A stretch of 64,000 bases of DNA from the human T2T-CHM13v2.0 reference genome, Homo sapiens, in NCBI RefSeq assembly GCF_009914755.1, contig NC_060935.1, one strand, 5' to 3'. Positions 11,801-25,895 of this stretch are shown in pieces (within the stretch, counting starts at the first letter, position 1; every line of letters begins with the position of its first letter). A program made the position numbers and the translations under genes. The notes below the pieces were generated by a model, which saw only the letters and a program-made list of their open reading frames with translations, was not told the origin of the DNA and did no database searches.

Positions 11801-12135
11801 CGCTAATTAAGGTTGTTCCTTTGAGTGTCAGCCAGGCTTCAGGAAATCAGGGGCTCAAGATGCTGCCATGCGTGTCTCCTTGGCTGTTGGGTCACTTCTC
11901 TGCCTGTCTTGGTTCAGCAGGTCCTTTCTCTCCTTCCCAATACTCTTCCTCCACTGCTTCTCATGGTTTCTTTCTCTTCCCTCTTCCCTTCAAGGCTGAT
12001 CCTCATTGCCCCCACCCACCATCACTACTCGTCTCTTTTAATATCACTGTCTACTGAGAACTTCCCTCTGGGTTTCTTAGTTCAGAGTCATGAATTGATC
12101 TAATTGGCTTATCCCATCTTGTTGTGCCTAGAAAC

Positions 12136-12597
12136 TGACAAAGACTCTTTCCTTGACTAAACTTCATTTAGGCTCCTTTGAGCTGTCTCTTCAGCCAAAT
12201 CTCAGCCTTGGCCCCCATCCTGTCTTTGGCCTGCCAGCCTGGTCTTAGCAAGAACTGTGCTAAGTCAATTATTAGCACAATCTTCCCACCCTTGAGACCT
12301 GATCAAATTCCTCATTCCCCACCTTTGATGTATGTGTCCTTGACCTGTCTGTAGCAAGCATCCTGTTAGGTCAGTTTAGCAAGAAGCCCCTATCCTTGAC
12401 ATGTCCTCTTGGTAATTTTCCACCCACTGATCCCCTGTCACTCTGCCCATAGGCTATAAATCCTCAGCTGTCTTTGCTATATTTGGAGTTGTGCCCAATC
12501 TCTCCCCTGTTGAAATTTTTGCTTTTATTGCAATAGTCTCACATAAAGTCTCTCCGACTGTTTTAACAAGTGTCAGAAATATATATTTATGTAAACA
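12136..12597 (+). mobile_element. Solo ERV1 LTR, MER31-like
   Basis: TG...CA termini (tgacaaagactctttccttgac ... gtaaaca), internal repeated ttagcaagaa units, TATA (ggctataaat), imperfect 4-bp TSD aaac/aagc. Confidence 0.8.
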
Positions 12598-13044
12598 AAG
12601 CAAGTCCATAGAGATAGATCAGCCACCCAAGTTCTTTGTCTGTCCCTGGGCCAGTCAATTATCACTAGGGTAGGGACAGCGTCACATGGTATAAAACCTA
12701 GCTTTTGAGGGTGGATCGCTCCAGAAGAAGGCATGAGTGGACAGGCAGTGATTGACATCTCTAATCTATTGGGAAAAACCTGGTAGAAAGGGGAGGAAGA
12801 AGAAGGCTGGAGAGCAGGAGGCACTCTTTGTGGTAGATGGTCAGGGGAGTGATGGAATCATCTCTTGAATGTTTGTCTTTCCCACTGAACTGCCCCTGTC
12901 CTCGCAAAGCTCAGTCCAATGGAGCAAACAGACATCAAGTGGATACTTAAATAAATGTCTACTTAGGTCCCACAAACTGGCAGATGGAATATACCAGAGA
13001 AGATGGAGTTCTTGACAATGGAAAACAGGAAGCATAATGATGAG

Positions 13045-13290
13045 GTGGAAAAAACTGTGACAACTGGAGTGATCTGAGTTTCAATCCTGGCCTCAGAAAG
13101 TCCTGGGAAAAAGTCCAGAAATCTTGGGAAAATTTTGTAACCTCGCTAAACTGGCTTAGATACTATAAAATGAGGATGGCAATAGTTTCTGCCTTGTAGG
13201 GTTGTATTAGGTTAGATAAAATGAGTAAAGTACTTCGCACAACACCTGGTGTATTTTGTTGGTGCTGACTAAAAGTGAGCTCTTTTTTAT
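13045..13290 (+). mobile_element. MIR SINE
   Basis: gatctgagtttcaatcctggc...tataaaatgaggatggcaatag...gccttgtagggttgt. Confidence 0.65.
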
Positions 13291-14149
13291 GTCTCTCAGC
13301 CTCTGCTAAGCATTTTGTTATTGAGGTTTTAGTGGGTCTACTTTGGGACTACCATTTCTTGTCCATAAAAATCTGAGAAAAAGTCACACTTTACAGTGGA
13401 CTTGGGTTCCAATCCCAGCATGTCACCTCTCGAGTGACAGGCATGACTGGGTGTCACATCTTATCCTTGGGTATCAGTTTGCTCCTGGACTGGTGTGAGA
13501 TTCATTGACTTCTTGGTCTATCTAGCCTTTTGTGGGAATTTGGTATCTAGGTTGCTTTTGGGGATGGGGGGATCCTTCTGCATGGAAGGTAGGCCAAAGT
13601 TCCGGGCTCTAAAGTGTCTTCCTCCCTGGATGCCATCCACAGTCCTGAGGTCACTACATGAAGCCCAGGGAGCCAGCTTCCTCTGCCATCTGAGATCAAT
13701 ACAGCTTGAAAACGTGAGTGTGGGATGTGTGAGCTCTCTTTTCTGGTGGCCGTCAATCACTGACAGGGCCTGCCATAGGACAGCAAAGAGAGAAACGGCA
13801 AATAAGCATTTGCATTAGTAGAACATCACGAAGCCCTTTGCCTACGGTAATTGAAAAAAAATCTAATTTCTGCTTGTGTCCCTGGAGTATCTTCCCATTT
13901 GGATTCCTATAGAGTCTCCAAATCTTGTCAACACAAGTGAGGTGGTGGAAGGAATTCACCTGCTGGAGCTGGGTTAAGAGGAGAATCCCTAGGCTCCCAT
14001 AATGATGCCCAAATATCATGGATTTCAGCTAGATTAGGGGGATAAGGTAGAGGGGATGGAGAGGAGGTGAGTGAGGACAGTGGCTCTGGATGGGGAGGAG
14101 GATGAGCTGGAGAGGGAGATGGACTAGCAATTGGTGAGGCCCTGTAATG

Positions 14150-14350
14150 CAGGTGCAGGTATACACTGTCACTTTAACTTCACTTGAACAGCACACACAA
14201 GAGAGTACTATTGTTCCCACTTTACAGATGGGAAAGTAAAGACTCAGAGAAGTTAGGTAACTTTCTTATAAGTCCAACAGCTAGAAGTAGTAGACCAGGT
14301 CTCGAAGCCAGCTCTATGTGACTCCAAAGCCTGTGCCATTTTCCATCACA
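14150..14350 (-). mobile_element. MIR SINE
   Basis: cccactttacagatgggaaagtaaagactcagagaagttaggtaac...tgactccaaagcc. Confidence 0.75.
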
Positions 14351-14389
14351 TACCATTATTAGACATTAACATTCCACTGATCTAATTTC

Positions 14390-14619
14390 TACCATATTAT
14401 TACCACCTTATGTGTCTTTAAATTGACTCATTTTTTTTAAATTGAGCTTTGTCACAAGGGTAATATCAATGAGATCTTGGGTTTTGATGAGCTACTTATT
14501 TTTCTAATACCCATTGAAATAAAACCACGATCATTAACTTTTTTAAAAGTTCGTCAATGTACCACCTAAAATAATGTTGTATACCACCAGGAGTACACAG
14601 ACCTGTTTGGAAAGCACTG
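14390..14619 (-). mobile_element. MER113-like hAT-Charlie fragment
   Basis: tgtaccacctaaaataat...taccaccagg...tttggaaagcactg terminus. Confidence 0.65.
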
Positions 14620-14689
14620 CTCTGTAGCATAAATAATAATATAATAACAATAGATAACATCTTTAATTATTGGACACTTGCCATCTGCC

Positions 14690-14935
14690 ATCATCATAGT
14701 GAGAAGAACACAGGTTCTGTAGTTACCTGGGTTTGCAATTCAAATCTACCATTTCTTGGACATGTGACTCTGAGAAACTTAGTTGTCTTCTCTGTGCCTC
14801 AGTTTCTTCATCTATAACATAGGGTAATAATAGTATTATTATCATTTAGAGCCATTTTGAGAATTAAACATGTTAATAACATTTAGAAACATGCCTGACA
14901 CCTACTAAGTACTAAGTCAGTATTAGTTGTTATTT
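14690..14935 (+). mobile_element. MIR SINE
   Basis: tctctgtgcctcagtttcttcatctataacatagggtaataatag. Confidence 0.8.
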
Positions 14936-15046
14936 GTTTATCAATTCATTCATTTGATCATCCAGTCATTCAACAATTAATGTTTGAACATGTTTTGTAT
15001 ATCAGACACTGTTCTATTATCTTTACAACAATCTGATGATGAAGGG

Positions 15047-15466
15047 TTTTTTAAAATTATACTTTAAATTCTGGGGTACATGTGCAGAATGTGCAGTTTT
15101 GTTACATAGGTATACACGTGCCATGCTGGTTTGCTGGTCCCATCAACCCATCACCTACATGAGGCATTTCTCCTAATGTTATCCCTCCCCTAGCCCCCCA
15201 CCCCACGACAGGCCCTGGTGTGTGATGTTCCCCTCCCTATGTCCATGTGTTCTTATTGTTCAACTCCCACTTGTGAGTGAGAACATGTGTTGTGTGGCTT
15301 TCTGTTCCTGTGTTAGGTTGCTGAGAATGATGGTTTCCAGCTTCATCCATGTCCCTGCAAAGGACATGAACTCATCCTTTTTTATGGCTGCATAGTATTC
15401 CATGGTGTACATGTGCCACATTTTCTTTATCCAGTCTATTATTGATAAACATTTGGGTTGGTTCCA
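15047..15466 (-). mobile_element. 5'-truncated primate L1 (L1PA7/8-like) 3' end, inserted in a MIR
   Basis: ttatactttaaattctggggtacatgtgcagaatgtgcag...ttcatccatgtccctgcaaaggacatgaactcatcc; MIR sequence resumes at ~15470. Confidence 0.93.
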
Positions 15467-15589
15467 AAGGTATTATTATCATCATCCTCATTTTACAGGT
15501 GAGAAAACTTAGGTTGAATAGTTTTCCCTGATATCCCCCAGCTAATACGTGATGAAACTGAAATTCAAACCCAAGTATGTCTGAAGCTC

Positions 15590-16391
15590 TGCTATTGTGA
15601 TTCATTTCTATCCACGGAATACTTCTGATACCAAATGTGGGTTGTTCTTTTCCTACACCAACCAATTCTCTGACTGCGTGTCCTACAATTCAATTCAATT
15701 CTGATGCTATCTGGCTGGAATTAGCATCAGAGCCCACAGGTTAAGGGCTCAGACCCACAAGACTGCCCCAACTTCAGATGCCAATTGCATGTCTAGACCA
15801 CCTGTACCTCTCACTGAAAGTTCCCAAGACCTTCTCTTCAGGTTTGATGATTTGCTAGAATAGCTCACAGAACTCAAGAAAACAGTTTGCTTATTACCGG
15901 TTTATACAGGAAATAACTTGGAAAATGGCAAATGGAAGAGATGCACAAGGCAAGGTGTGTGGGAAGGGGCATTGAGCTTCCAGGCCTCTCTAGGGCCTCC
16001 ACCCGCCCAGCACTTCCCTGTGTTCTTCAACCTGGAAGCTCTCTGAATCTCATGGTTTATGGATTTTTATGGAAGTTTCACAACACAGGCATGATTAACT
16101 CAATCTCCAGCCCCTCTCCCCTCCCCAGAGGGTGGGGCTGAAAGTTCCAACCCTAATCACATAGTTGGATCCTCTGGCAGCCAGCCCCCATCCTGAACCT
16201 TTCCAGAAGTCCACCAAAGAGTCACCTCCTTAACATAAACGGAGGTATGCTTGAAAAATGCTTGTTATGAATAACAAAAGGTGCTCCTTTCACTCCTATC
16301 ACTCAGGAAATTCCAAGGGTTTCAGAAGCTGTGTGCCAGGAATCAGTGATGAGAACTACATATATATTTCTTATTATATCACAGTATCACA
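15590..16391 (-). mobile_element. MER21-family LTR
   Basis: Reverse complement starts tgtgatactgtgatataataagaaatatata...cctggcacacagcttctgaaacccttggaatttcctgagtgatagg. Confidence 0.85.
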
Positions 16392-19229
16392 GAAGCCGTA
16401 GCTGGTTCTCTTATCTGCTCTGCCATTGCTACCACCCCAGGAAAGGAAGCTCTCCTTCCTGACAGAGGGATGCTTACTTATTTATTTTCCAAACATGTGG
16501 CCAGACTTTCTCTTGAACCAACTGATCCTTGCTTGGTGTTCTGAAAGCAGCCAGTGTCACCCCCTCTGTCTCTGTCTTCCAATTTTGATCCTAGTCATAT
16601 GTGAATGGGTCTTTAGCTCCTGCTAGCCTGTTCTGGCATATTTGTGTCCCCTGAAATGTCTACCCAGAGCCCCTGCAGTGTCTGCTTAGAGCCCCTGAAC
16701 ACAGTGGGTCATCACTATTGGAGCACAGGACTGCAAGAGGGATACAGTGACCTGGAGCAGACAGATGCCACGGTAGCAGTACAACAGCCACATTCACACA
16801 TGAACATCCAGTTCTCCAAATCTAAGGAGTTAAGGGTCTGTTTTCCACTGTATAAAATAGGGATTTGCTTTACAGAAGATGTCATCATGGAATTCTTTTA
16901 GTTAGAGAACTTTACAAAAAACTGTCAACTCTTGTTATTTTTCACAGATTTGTTTACTATGCAAAGCTAGGTTTACCCATACAACAATATTTCGGTTTTC
17001 GTTCGTTCACCTTCTGTAGGAAGATCTCTGGGAAAAATTTTATTAATCTGAGCTTTCTTTTGAGGGAAAGAAATTCACCTCCTTTTGGAAAGAATGAGCG
17101 ACAAATGATCCCATCTGAGGTTCTTTTCCAGATATGCTTAGAGCCCAAGTTTCACAGATATAGATGATAGAGTTCAGAGAAGACAATAGCTTATGTTTGG
17201 GCAAATCTCAGTAAGACTGGCTTTCCTAGTGGAAACAGAAATGAAATCTGTCTACCTTCACCTCATTCTTTCCAGTTTTCTCCAACCATCTACCCCTAGT
17301 CACTATTCAAGATTCATCTCACATTTCTATCCATTTGAAACCTTCTCTATCACTTTCCTCTTATTCTTTCTTCTCTCACTCCTTTCAGCTCTCTCCCTGT
17401 TTTCCTACCCGATACATCATTTCACTGAATCACCTGTGGCTTAACAGCATGCACTGTGGTCAAAATGATGAAAGTCCTGGTTCAGTGACCTTCAGAAAGT
17501 CACTTCACCTCGGTGTTCCTCAGCTTCCTTCTTTGTTAAATGGGGAAATCAACAGCTGTTATAACCTGGGCTTGGTATGAGGATCAAATGAGAAAATACA
17601 AGCACTTAGCAAGTATCTACTAGACAGGAAATATTCAGTAAGTGCTGACCAGAAGCAGTAATAGTGGTAATTACAATAATTTTGTTCCCAATTAGACTCT
17701 AAGATGCTAGAGGGTGGAGATTGAGTCTCAGATTTGTTTTCTACCCTTCAGAGTCATAGCATAAATACTCAGTGTATTTAAAGAGGCTTTATATTTTATG
17801 TTTTCCCTTCTGTCTGCTTTATTAGAATTGGGTTTAAATACACTTAGTGTTTTGCTGATACTTAGACCCATTTTATAGAGTGCATGAGTCAGTGATTAAA
17901 TAGTTTGTTCATAAGTGTTTATCTTCCTAGAACAATAAGCATCTGGACAAAGCCTTGTGCTTTGAAAACTCCTGGTCTTTGTCAACTCGCTGAATGAGTG
18001 AAAGCCCAAAGGGAGAGCCACCTTTGCCCTTTTAGTAAGAAGTGAAAGTAGGCCTGATTATTGAAGGAGCCAGAGAGGAAGGATTAGAAACAGCTCTGAG
18101 AATGGGGAATTCTTGTGGGAGATGTCAGTAACCCAAATTATCTCTCATTTCAGCAGCCACTAAAAAGAGCCCCACCTGGCCCCTTCCCCTGGAGGGGTGA
18201 CCTCTCCCCTGAGCCAGCATGATGGGCCCAGCTGGGGTGAGGAGTGAGCAGTCATTAGGGGTCAGGTCACCAGTAAGCATGATGTCAGGGTGGCTCCTGG
18301 CTCCTAAGAGCCCCATGCTAGCCAGAGAGAAGAGGCAGTAGCTGCACCCAAAGACTGTGCCCCTCTGTGGAGCCCTGCTAGGCCTGGAGCTCTGGATGGA
18401 TGGCAGGAGGGTGTGGATGGCTTCTTCTCACCTGTAGGAGAGCCAGGGCTGCTCTTCCTGCTTCCTGCTTGCTTCTTCTAGCTGGGTTGTCTTTCTGTAG
18501 CTTTCCTTGGGATGCTAGTTTGCAGATGAAGGGTACCAGGAGCCCCTGGGTGAGCAAGCATGTGGCTGGATGAGTTGAAGAAAGGCTTCAGATCCCTAGG
18601 ATGGATCTGCCAGAGCTGTCAGTGGTGGATCAGAGGCAGAGAGTGATTCTGGGAAGAGCTGGGTCTGGAATTCAACAGACCCCAGATAAAATCCTGGATC
18701 CAACTCTTACAGTGGAACCATATGCAAATCACCTCTCCGTGAGCCTCAGTTCCCTCATCTGTAAAATGAGGAGAATAGCACTTTTCAGGGAATTTTTTTT
18801 CTGTTTAGGAGAGAGCACCAAGGCTGTCTGAGAGACCCTGAGAAAACACTGAGAATGTGCATAGTGAGATCTGGACACATGGCAGCCACTTGCTGTCCCT
18901 TCCCCGTCCTCCCACTCTCAAGTATTAAATAGGTAACTAGCTAGAGTATACTAGCTGCAGTTTAGGAGATGCTATGATATTCTAATGATGTGTCAGCTCT
19001 TCATTTTTTGTTTAGTGACTGTTGAGAGCAGTTTTTCTTAAGTCTGATGAATTCTCTTTGGTATTTGGGTCATTAATCCAGAGTCATCATTATGCAGACA
19101 AGTACACTGAGGCCCAGAATTGTCATGACAAGGGTGGGAGAACCAGCACCAGGCTCTCAATCTGGGTCATGTATCACCATTTGTAATGTCCTGGCCTCTC
19201 AATGTTCTCACAGCCTCTGAGCATTTGAT

Positions 19230-19580
19230 TCACGGTTCCCTCTGCCAAGAACAACCGTCACAGTGATTGTGCTGACCTATTTGTCCACCTTTAAGATTCA
19301 GATTGGAGTTGCCTCTTCTGAGAAACCTTCTCTGCCTCCCACTTACCCACTGGGTTGGGAGCCTTTCCTCTGACTTCCAAGGCCCCTTGAGCTGACTTCT
19401 ACAGTGGCACTTCTCACATTGTTTTGAGGAAAGCTGTTTCCCTGTCTGTTTCCCCTACTTGAAAATGAGCTTTTCAAGAATTCAAGCCAAGTCTTACTCA
19501 TCTTCATATTTCTGGTTTTATGTCTGGGACATTGTAGGTACTCCAAGAACTATTCATCCAAACAATGAATAAGTGAATAA
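19230..19580 (+). mobile_element. L2 LINE 3' end
   Basis: acctttaagattcag...gcctcttctgagaaaccttctctg...tgtaggtactccaag...aatgaataagtgaat. Confidence 0.65.
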
Positions 19581-22500
19581 GCAAATACCAAGAGTATAAA
19601 GTGCTCATGGTGGTGGGGTTTTCAAGAGAGCTCCCACTGGCTCTCTAGATCCTCCCACCCATCTGCTCTTGGAGTCATCTCTGCCTCTCACTGGGATGGT
19701 CTCCTTGCCAGTGGCCCAGAGTGCAGCTATTCCTTGCTTGAGTTGTATGTCCATCCTTGTGGGCCCTAAGGACTAGAATGCCTCCTAAGTCAGGTCCAGA
19801 GAAGCCCAATATTTAGGGTTTGTATTTAAGACAGCTCTTGCAGCTTTCTTATGGCTCTATCCTTGGCTGACATCCTCACAAGGACTGAGTTCCCAGAAGA
19901 TGCATTAATGGAGACATCATTATATTGTACCCCAGAGCTGGAATAAATAACTCTTATGTGCATTCATTCATTCACTCACACATTCATTCAATGCATTCCT
20001 CCTTCCATTAGGACACATAATCACAAACTGACTGTCTACAACTTTATCACTCACATGGCTCCCGTGTCATTCAGGATAGGCAATTAGATTTTCCCAAAGG
20101 CCAGATTTGGGGATCAGAAGGGCAGGCTGATGGAGCATCAACAAGTACTCTGATGTTAGCTTTAAAATATGCAGTAGAATCCTGAAATAATCTGAAATAA
20201 TTTGAAATAATATGTCTCTCCCACTCTTTCTGCTTCATATTCATGCACCCTCAATGTCCAGTAGCAGGTTCAGAGCCACAACTGCTATTTTTTCCTCTCC
20301 CGAGGCAAGGAACAGCCAGCCAGCCAGACCAAGAGGTCCTACAGGATTTGAAGTCCTTAGAATAGTGGCTACATTAAGTTTGCTTTTGGGTAGAAACAAA
20401 CAAGCAAGTTTCCTGCTGGCCTCCCTGTTCATCTCTAGGTGAAGTGAGGAAAACTGATGGAATGTTAAAGGGGCCAAGCTTCTTCCCATCTACTGCAGCA
20501 GGACTGTATAAGAAGAAACTGGACCTGAGGTGTGTGTGGCCTTGGAAGAGCCATTTCACTACTGTGAGCCTCAGTTTTCTCATCTGTATGATGAGGCTAG
20601 TAATCCCAGCCCTTTATCCCTTATAATGTTGTTATGAGGATTAGATGAGGTCATATTTGTGAAAATAAAAAGAACACTAACAGCTAATGTTCACTGGGTA
20701 CTTATTATATATCAGGAACTGTTACGGTTTATATTTTATAACTAAAGGACCTGAAGCTAAGGGAAGTTAAAAGTCAAAGTCACACAGCAAATAAGTGATA
20801 GAGCATGTATTTGTTGTCTGACTTCAAAGCCTAAGTAAGCTTTTAATCATATTTTTCAGATAAATTTTTCAGATTTTAGCTGTGCAACTTTGGACAAGCT
20901 ACCTCTTTCTCAGGTCTTCAGTGGTGCCATCTGAAAAGGAGACATGGCTCAGATTAACGTTCAAGTCCATTTAGCTCCAAATTCCTGGTTATATTTTAAC
21001 AAAGTATACAGACACACACCATAACTCTTTCTTTCTCCAAGTTTGGTCTTCTTTGAGCATGGAATGACTTGACTATTTACAGACTCTAGCTGAGAAAGTG
21101 TGCTGGAGAAGCAAGCAGATTGTAACGCACATCTAAATAGCAGAGCCGAGCTTCCTAAGTGGGAAATGGATGTTGTAATACAAAGGCAGTTAGCAGGGTC
21201 CTTGGAGGTTTCAGCAGGATGTAATTATGGTTCTTTAAAAAGAGGCTCGCATATGTTTTTGAGCAAACTTAACAGATGCCCGGATGTCATGTCTATATTC
21301 TTTAGGGAGTCTAGGATGACTAATTTTCTACAGCAACTTTGCATAGCACATTGGAACGACCCATTGCAAATCAATTCCTAGGGTGCAACTTAATGAAAGC
21401 TTTTATTGATGATTCAGATTAATAATCTAAAAACCTTTATAAAATGACCACAACTTCATTTCTGCCTGGTCTACTCTGTATTTGATAAACAAAATAGGCA
21501 GTTCTCTCCATAGTTATCACTTAATGTGATTTCTTTTTAAAAAGAAATCTTTAACCAGGCCTGTTCATGGAGACTGAGGGTTTTAATGCTGTGTGGTTCA
21601 TTTTTAGTGCAATATCCTTTGCAAACTTTTGTGACTTCCTCAGAGATTTTCTTTGAGCTAGGTGCCCTAGGGAATCTTCTATATGGTTCACTAACGTTTT
21701 ATTGTAGAATGAAATGCACATTGATTCTACAGAATCAATGCTCAGTTAAGGCAGTTTGGGGGCCATTTCCTTACCCCAGCATACTCCATCTGAAAAAGCC
21801 TCTTGCAAACCCATGTCCTCCTGAGGTTGTTGTGAATATCGAGCCGGTGCATCAGGAAATCGAAAGATAACAAGTCTAGTTTCCTTTGGTAGGCACCTTG
21901 ACATCTCTTTTCTTGCTGGGGCTTTAACCAGTCTGATAAATTTCCAATCAAGTCTTTTGAATCAAGTGGCTCTAAGACCTGGTACAGGCTTCTGGGTTCA
22001 CTTCTCTGTATTAGCTGCCTTGGAGCTAAGAAGTTTTCCTCTTAATAATAAACAGTTGAAGATGGTTGAACACAGAAGCCTTGCATGTGTTTGGTTTGGG
22101 CAGAATATCAGCCTTTCAATTGCCTCCAACTATTCATAACCCTCCATAATTTCATAGCCATCGATTTCCCCTTCTCCCTGATACGCTCTTTCATTGGCCT
22201 GTTGCCCACATCCTGTAATTGTGCCAGTCACCCCTGCGACCTTTCCTTTGCTGAGCTCAATTAATAATGTACTCAACATATTTCCCTGTTGCATCAAATA
22301 CCAATTTGGCCTGAATGAGTGAAAGAATGTCTAATGAGGAAATGGTTAAGTCTTTCTTGCTGGACAAGCCTTTACATTGAGCCGGTCTTGGGAGATGGGG
22401 GAAGAGAGGAAGCTGCATTGTACTACTTGTTCAGCAAGTTTTTCTCAAATTCCACAGCAGAGACTTGTTCTAATTACCTAGGTCCAGCTATTGTGCAGGT

Positions 22501-23828
22501 GAGAGTGTGTCATCTGATGTGGAAGACTCTGAGCATCAAAGACCTCAGATAGCACAGTTTTTGGCACGTGGTTGCCCACTCCTCAAATGTTTCTGCTAAA
22601 TATTTTAGACCATGTGGAGAACAATTACAACATGGAATGGAATGTTTATTTAGGAAAGGAGGAAGCAAGAAGAATAGTCCTCCCTTTCCTGTGATACTTT
22701 GTGTCCTAAAATGGCCTAGGAATGTGCTCAGTCAGAGAAGGACTGGCCAGCCTGGATTGTGTAACAGTCAGAGGATAACATGGCGCCTGTGCTTGCAGAC
22801 TCCCCACCGTGCACAGATACATCATTTGCAGTTGCTTTGAGGGCCAGCTTTGTTGACAGCTAATGCTAAGGGGACATGCACCAGGAGACATGGCTTCCAA
22901 CCTTGTGTAACAGCAGCCAGCTGGGCTCTCCAATTCTGAATTTTGGGACGATTCCATGGCTTCATGGGAAGAGGGCGTTTTCTTGATTGTTTGCTCCTGA
23001 GCTGCCTGTAGCCTCATATGTAGAAGGTCAGAGATGGAGGTTCTTTTAAGACCTTTTAGTCCAATTCCCATTTTTCAGACAGAGAAGCTAGGGTCTCAGA
23101 TGGCAAGAGACTTAATGTCACACAGCAGCAGGTTAGCCTCTGTAATCATTGCTGTCGCTGGAAAAGGATTGCAGAAAAGTGAAACAGCCAAAATAACCAA
23201 GCTTTATTGAGAATTTACTCTGTGCCAGACCCCATGTTAAGAATTTTACATGCATTATTTCATTTAATCTTCAGGAAAATTCTGGAAGGTAGATACTGTT
23301 TATTATCTTGATTTTTTTCCACGGGGCAATGCCGTTTGGAGAGAATAAGTGTGGAGGAGCCAGCACTCAAATCCTTACCATTGGAGGCCAGAGTCTGCAT
23401 TCTGAATCACCATGTTCTTCCTGTTTCCATCTGATTCTAGTTTAACCCTCCCTCATTTTACAGGTTAACTCTAACCCAAAAAAGGGAAGCAACTTGCCCG
23501 AGACCCTTCAAATACTGGAAAATATTGTTATGGTGACTGAAAGTAGTTAACGTTTATTGAGTACTTACTGAGTGCTTACCAGGGATTGTGCTGTGTGCTT
23601 TTCATTCACTTGTTTGTTACCATAATTCTAGAAGAATGTAGGTAGTACTAGCTGAAGTAACTGATGGCTAGGGAGCTTAAGAATAATTTATGCCATATTT
23701 TATAGTTATTAAGTCAAGATTCAAGAGGAAGCCATCCAACTCCAAAATTTGACTTCCCTAATTCTGCTCTGCCAGGCCAGCATCTTGGAATCAACTATGC
23801 AACTATGCCTACCTTTTTCTGTATCAGG

Positions 23829-24137
23829 TTTTTTTTTTTTTTTTTTTTGAGATGGAGTCTCACTCTGTTGCTCAGGCTGGAGCTGGAGTACAGTGGTGCA
23901 ATCTCGGCTTACTGCAACCTCCTCCTCCTGGTTTCAAGTGATTCTCCTGCCTCAGCCTCCTGAGTAGCTGGGATTACAGGCACCCAGAACCACATCTGGC
24001 TAATTTTTGTATTTTTTAGTAGAGACAGGGTTTTACCATGTTGGCCAGGCTGGTCTGGAACTCCTGATCTCAGGTGATCCACCCTCCTTGGCCTCCTGAA
24101 GCGCTGGGATTACAGGCATGAGCCACTGCACCTGGCC
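23829..24137 (-). mobile_element. AluS (Sx/Sz-like), full length
   Basis: Poly-T followed by both Alu arms; TSD tttttctgtatca at 23814-23826 and 24140-24152. Confidence 0.96.
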
Positions 24138-25179
24138 TATTTTTCTGTATCACAGTTAATCCTCATACTAACCCTGTTGGTAAGGAATTGGAAAACCTGG
24201 ATATAATTCTAGCTTTGCTACTAAAGGCATCATGTTTCTCTTGGGGCAAGTCACTTCCCCCTCTGAATGCCTCAGTTTCCTCATTTGTAGAAGAGGGGTG
24301 TCATCCTTTTATACCATAGCATCTTGTGAGACACTGAATATGCACTTGATTCCCTAGCTGAAAAGTGCTGAATAGAGATTCTTCTGACTCCTTCAATCAG
24401 GTCCCTTTATCCTTTGAAATCTGGGAGCTTTCTCTGCTGCCCCATCCACTGGGCTCAGTACTGGATGGTCTGCATTTGTTGTGAATAGATGACAGCTGGG
24501 CTTGTATTTTCTTCAGATGGAGCTTGGCCTGGGTATTAAATAGCTGTCAGTAAGACCACTTTTCTAACTGGCGCAGAGGAGCAACAGAGCTGGGCTGGTA
24601 GTCCTCCCTCCAGATGTCTGGGGGTGCTTGCAGAGGGGAGCAGTGGGGTCTCTAACACTGAGTCCCCATCCCTTTGTGCTTGAAGGATAGCACCTAGAAA
24701 ACATTGGCCCCAAACAGAAAGGCTGACCTCCGCTCCAAAATCCTACCTTATTTCTATGTGACTGTGGAAAGAGCGGGCCTGAGAGATATTAGTAATAAGT
24801 AAAGCTGAGAAACAGCTGTGGAAACGAGGTTTCAGGACCTCCTGGCCCCATCAGCACTACGCTCTAATTATCTCACAGCATTTGGCCAATTGGGCTGTTG
24901 GAGTTTCTAGGAAAGATTCATTTTAACCTTAACCAGTATTATTGTATTTCTTTTTATCCAGATGGGAGAATATTGTTTCTTTCTCCAGTCTTCACTGATT
25001 TCTCGTTTTTAAATCCTGCAGAACTTTATTCTCTTTGAAACCTATGAGGGACAACGAACATTTTTGGGAGTCGACTTGTTGTTGGACACTTTTACAGGCA
25101 TTATCCCATACCATTCCCACAGACACAGATCATCTTTCCATGTGATGTTCACATTCTCTTTCTTTTTCTCCCATGTTAA

Positions 25180-25895
25180 TAAGGTCTTCTCTTCTGGCTC
25201 CTCCTCTGAATGTTAAGTGCCCTGGGGCTCAGAACTTAGTCCTTTCTTCTGTTCTCTGGGATTTTGTAGGTGATCTTATTTAGGCTTTTGGCCTTACCTT
25301 TCACCTCTAGGCTGATAACTCCCCAATTTATGACTCCAGATCCAGCTATTCACCTGTGCTCCAGCCTCATGTCCCCCACCTGGAAGTCTGAGAGGCACTC
25401 CAAGGTCTGGCCTCTGCCTGCCTCTCCCCTCTCTTCTCTTTCACTCTCCCTTTGGCCACATTGACCTTCTTGCTGCTCCTTGAATCTGCCAACAATTCCC
25501 ACCTCAAGGTCTTTGCACCTGCTTTTCTCTCTGGCTGGAAAAGAGTTCCCCCAATATTCTCATGGCTGTATCACTCTTCCTTCAGGTCACCTCCTCTGAA
25601 AGACCTCCTCTGATCACATCATCCAAACTAGTCCCTCCTGCAGGACCCCATCTTCCACTCTGTAGCCTCTTACCCTCCCTGTTTTTTGTTTGTTTGTTTT
25701 TTTGTCATAGCACTTGTCCTACCTAAAATGATATTGCATGCTTATTATATACCTGTTCATTGACTGTCTCTCTCCTTAGACATAAAATTCACAAAGGCAA
25801 AAGCATTATCTTCATGATTGTCGCTATAGCCCTGAACCTAGAATGTGGCTGCATGTGGCCTGGGGCCAGTGAATATTTGTTACATGTTGAATGAA
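25180..25895 (+). mobile_element. L2 LINE 3' region
   Basis: cctctgaatgttaagtgccctggggctcag...cccacctcaaggtctttgcacctgct...catagcacttgtcc...gaatatttgtt...tgaatgaa. Confidence 0.8.

Noticed and set aside
15372-15665. ORF containing an L1 ORF2-like C-terminal peptide
   Set aside because: Chimeric read across MER21, MIR and L1 fragments; not a gene.
17479-17491. IR1 (GGTTCA-G-TGACCT) FXR-type element
   Set aside because: Lies in a decayed MIR with no supporting context; expected by chance.
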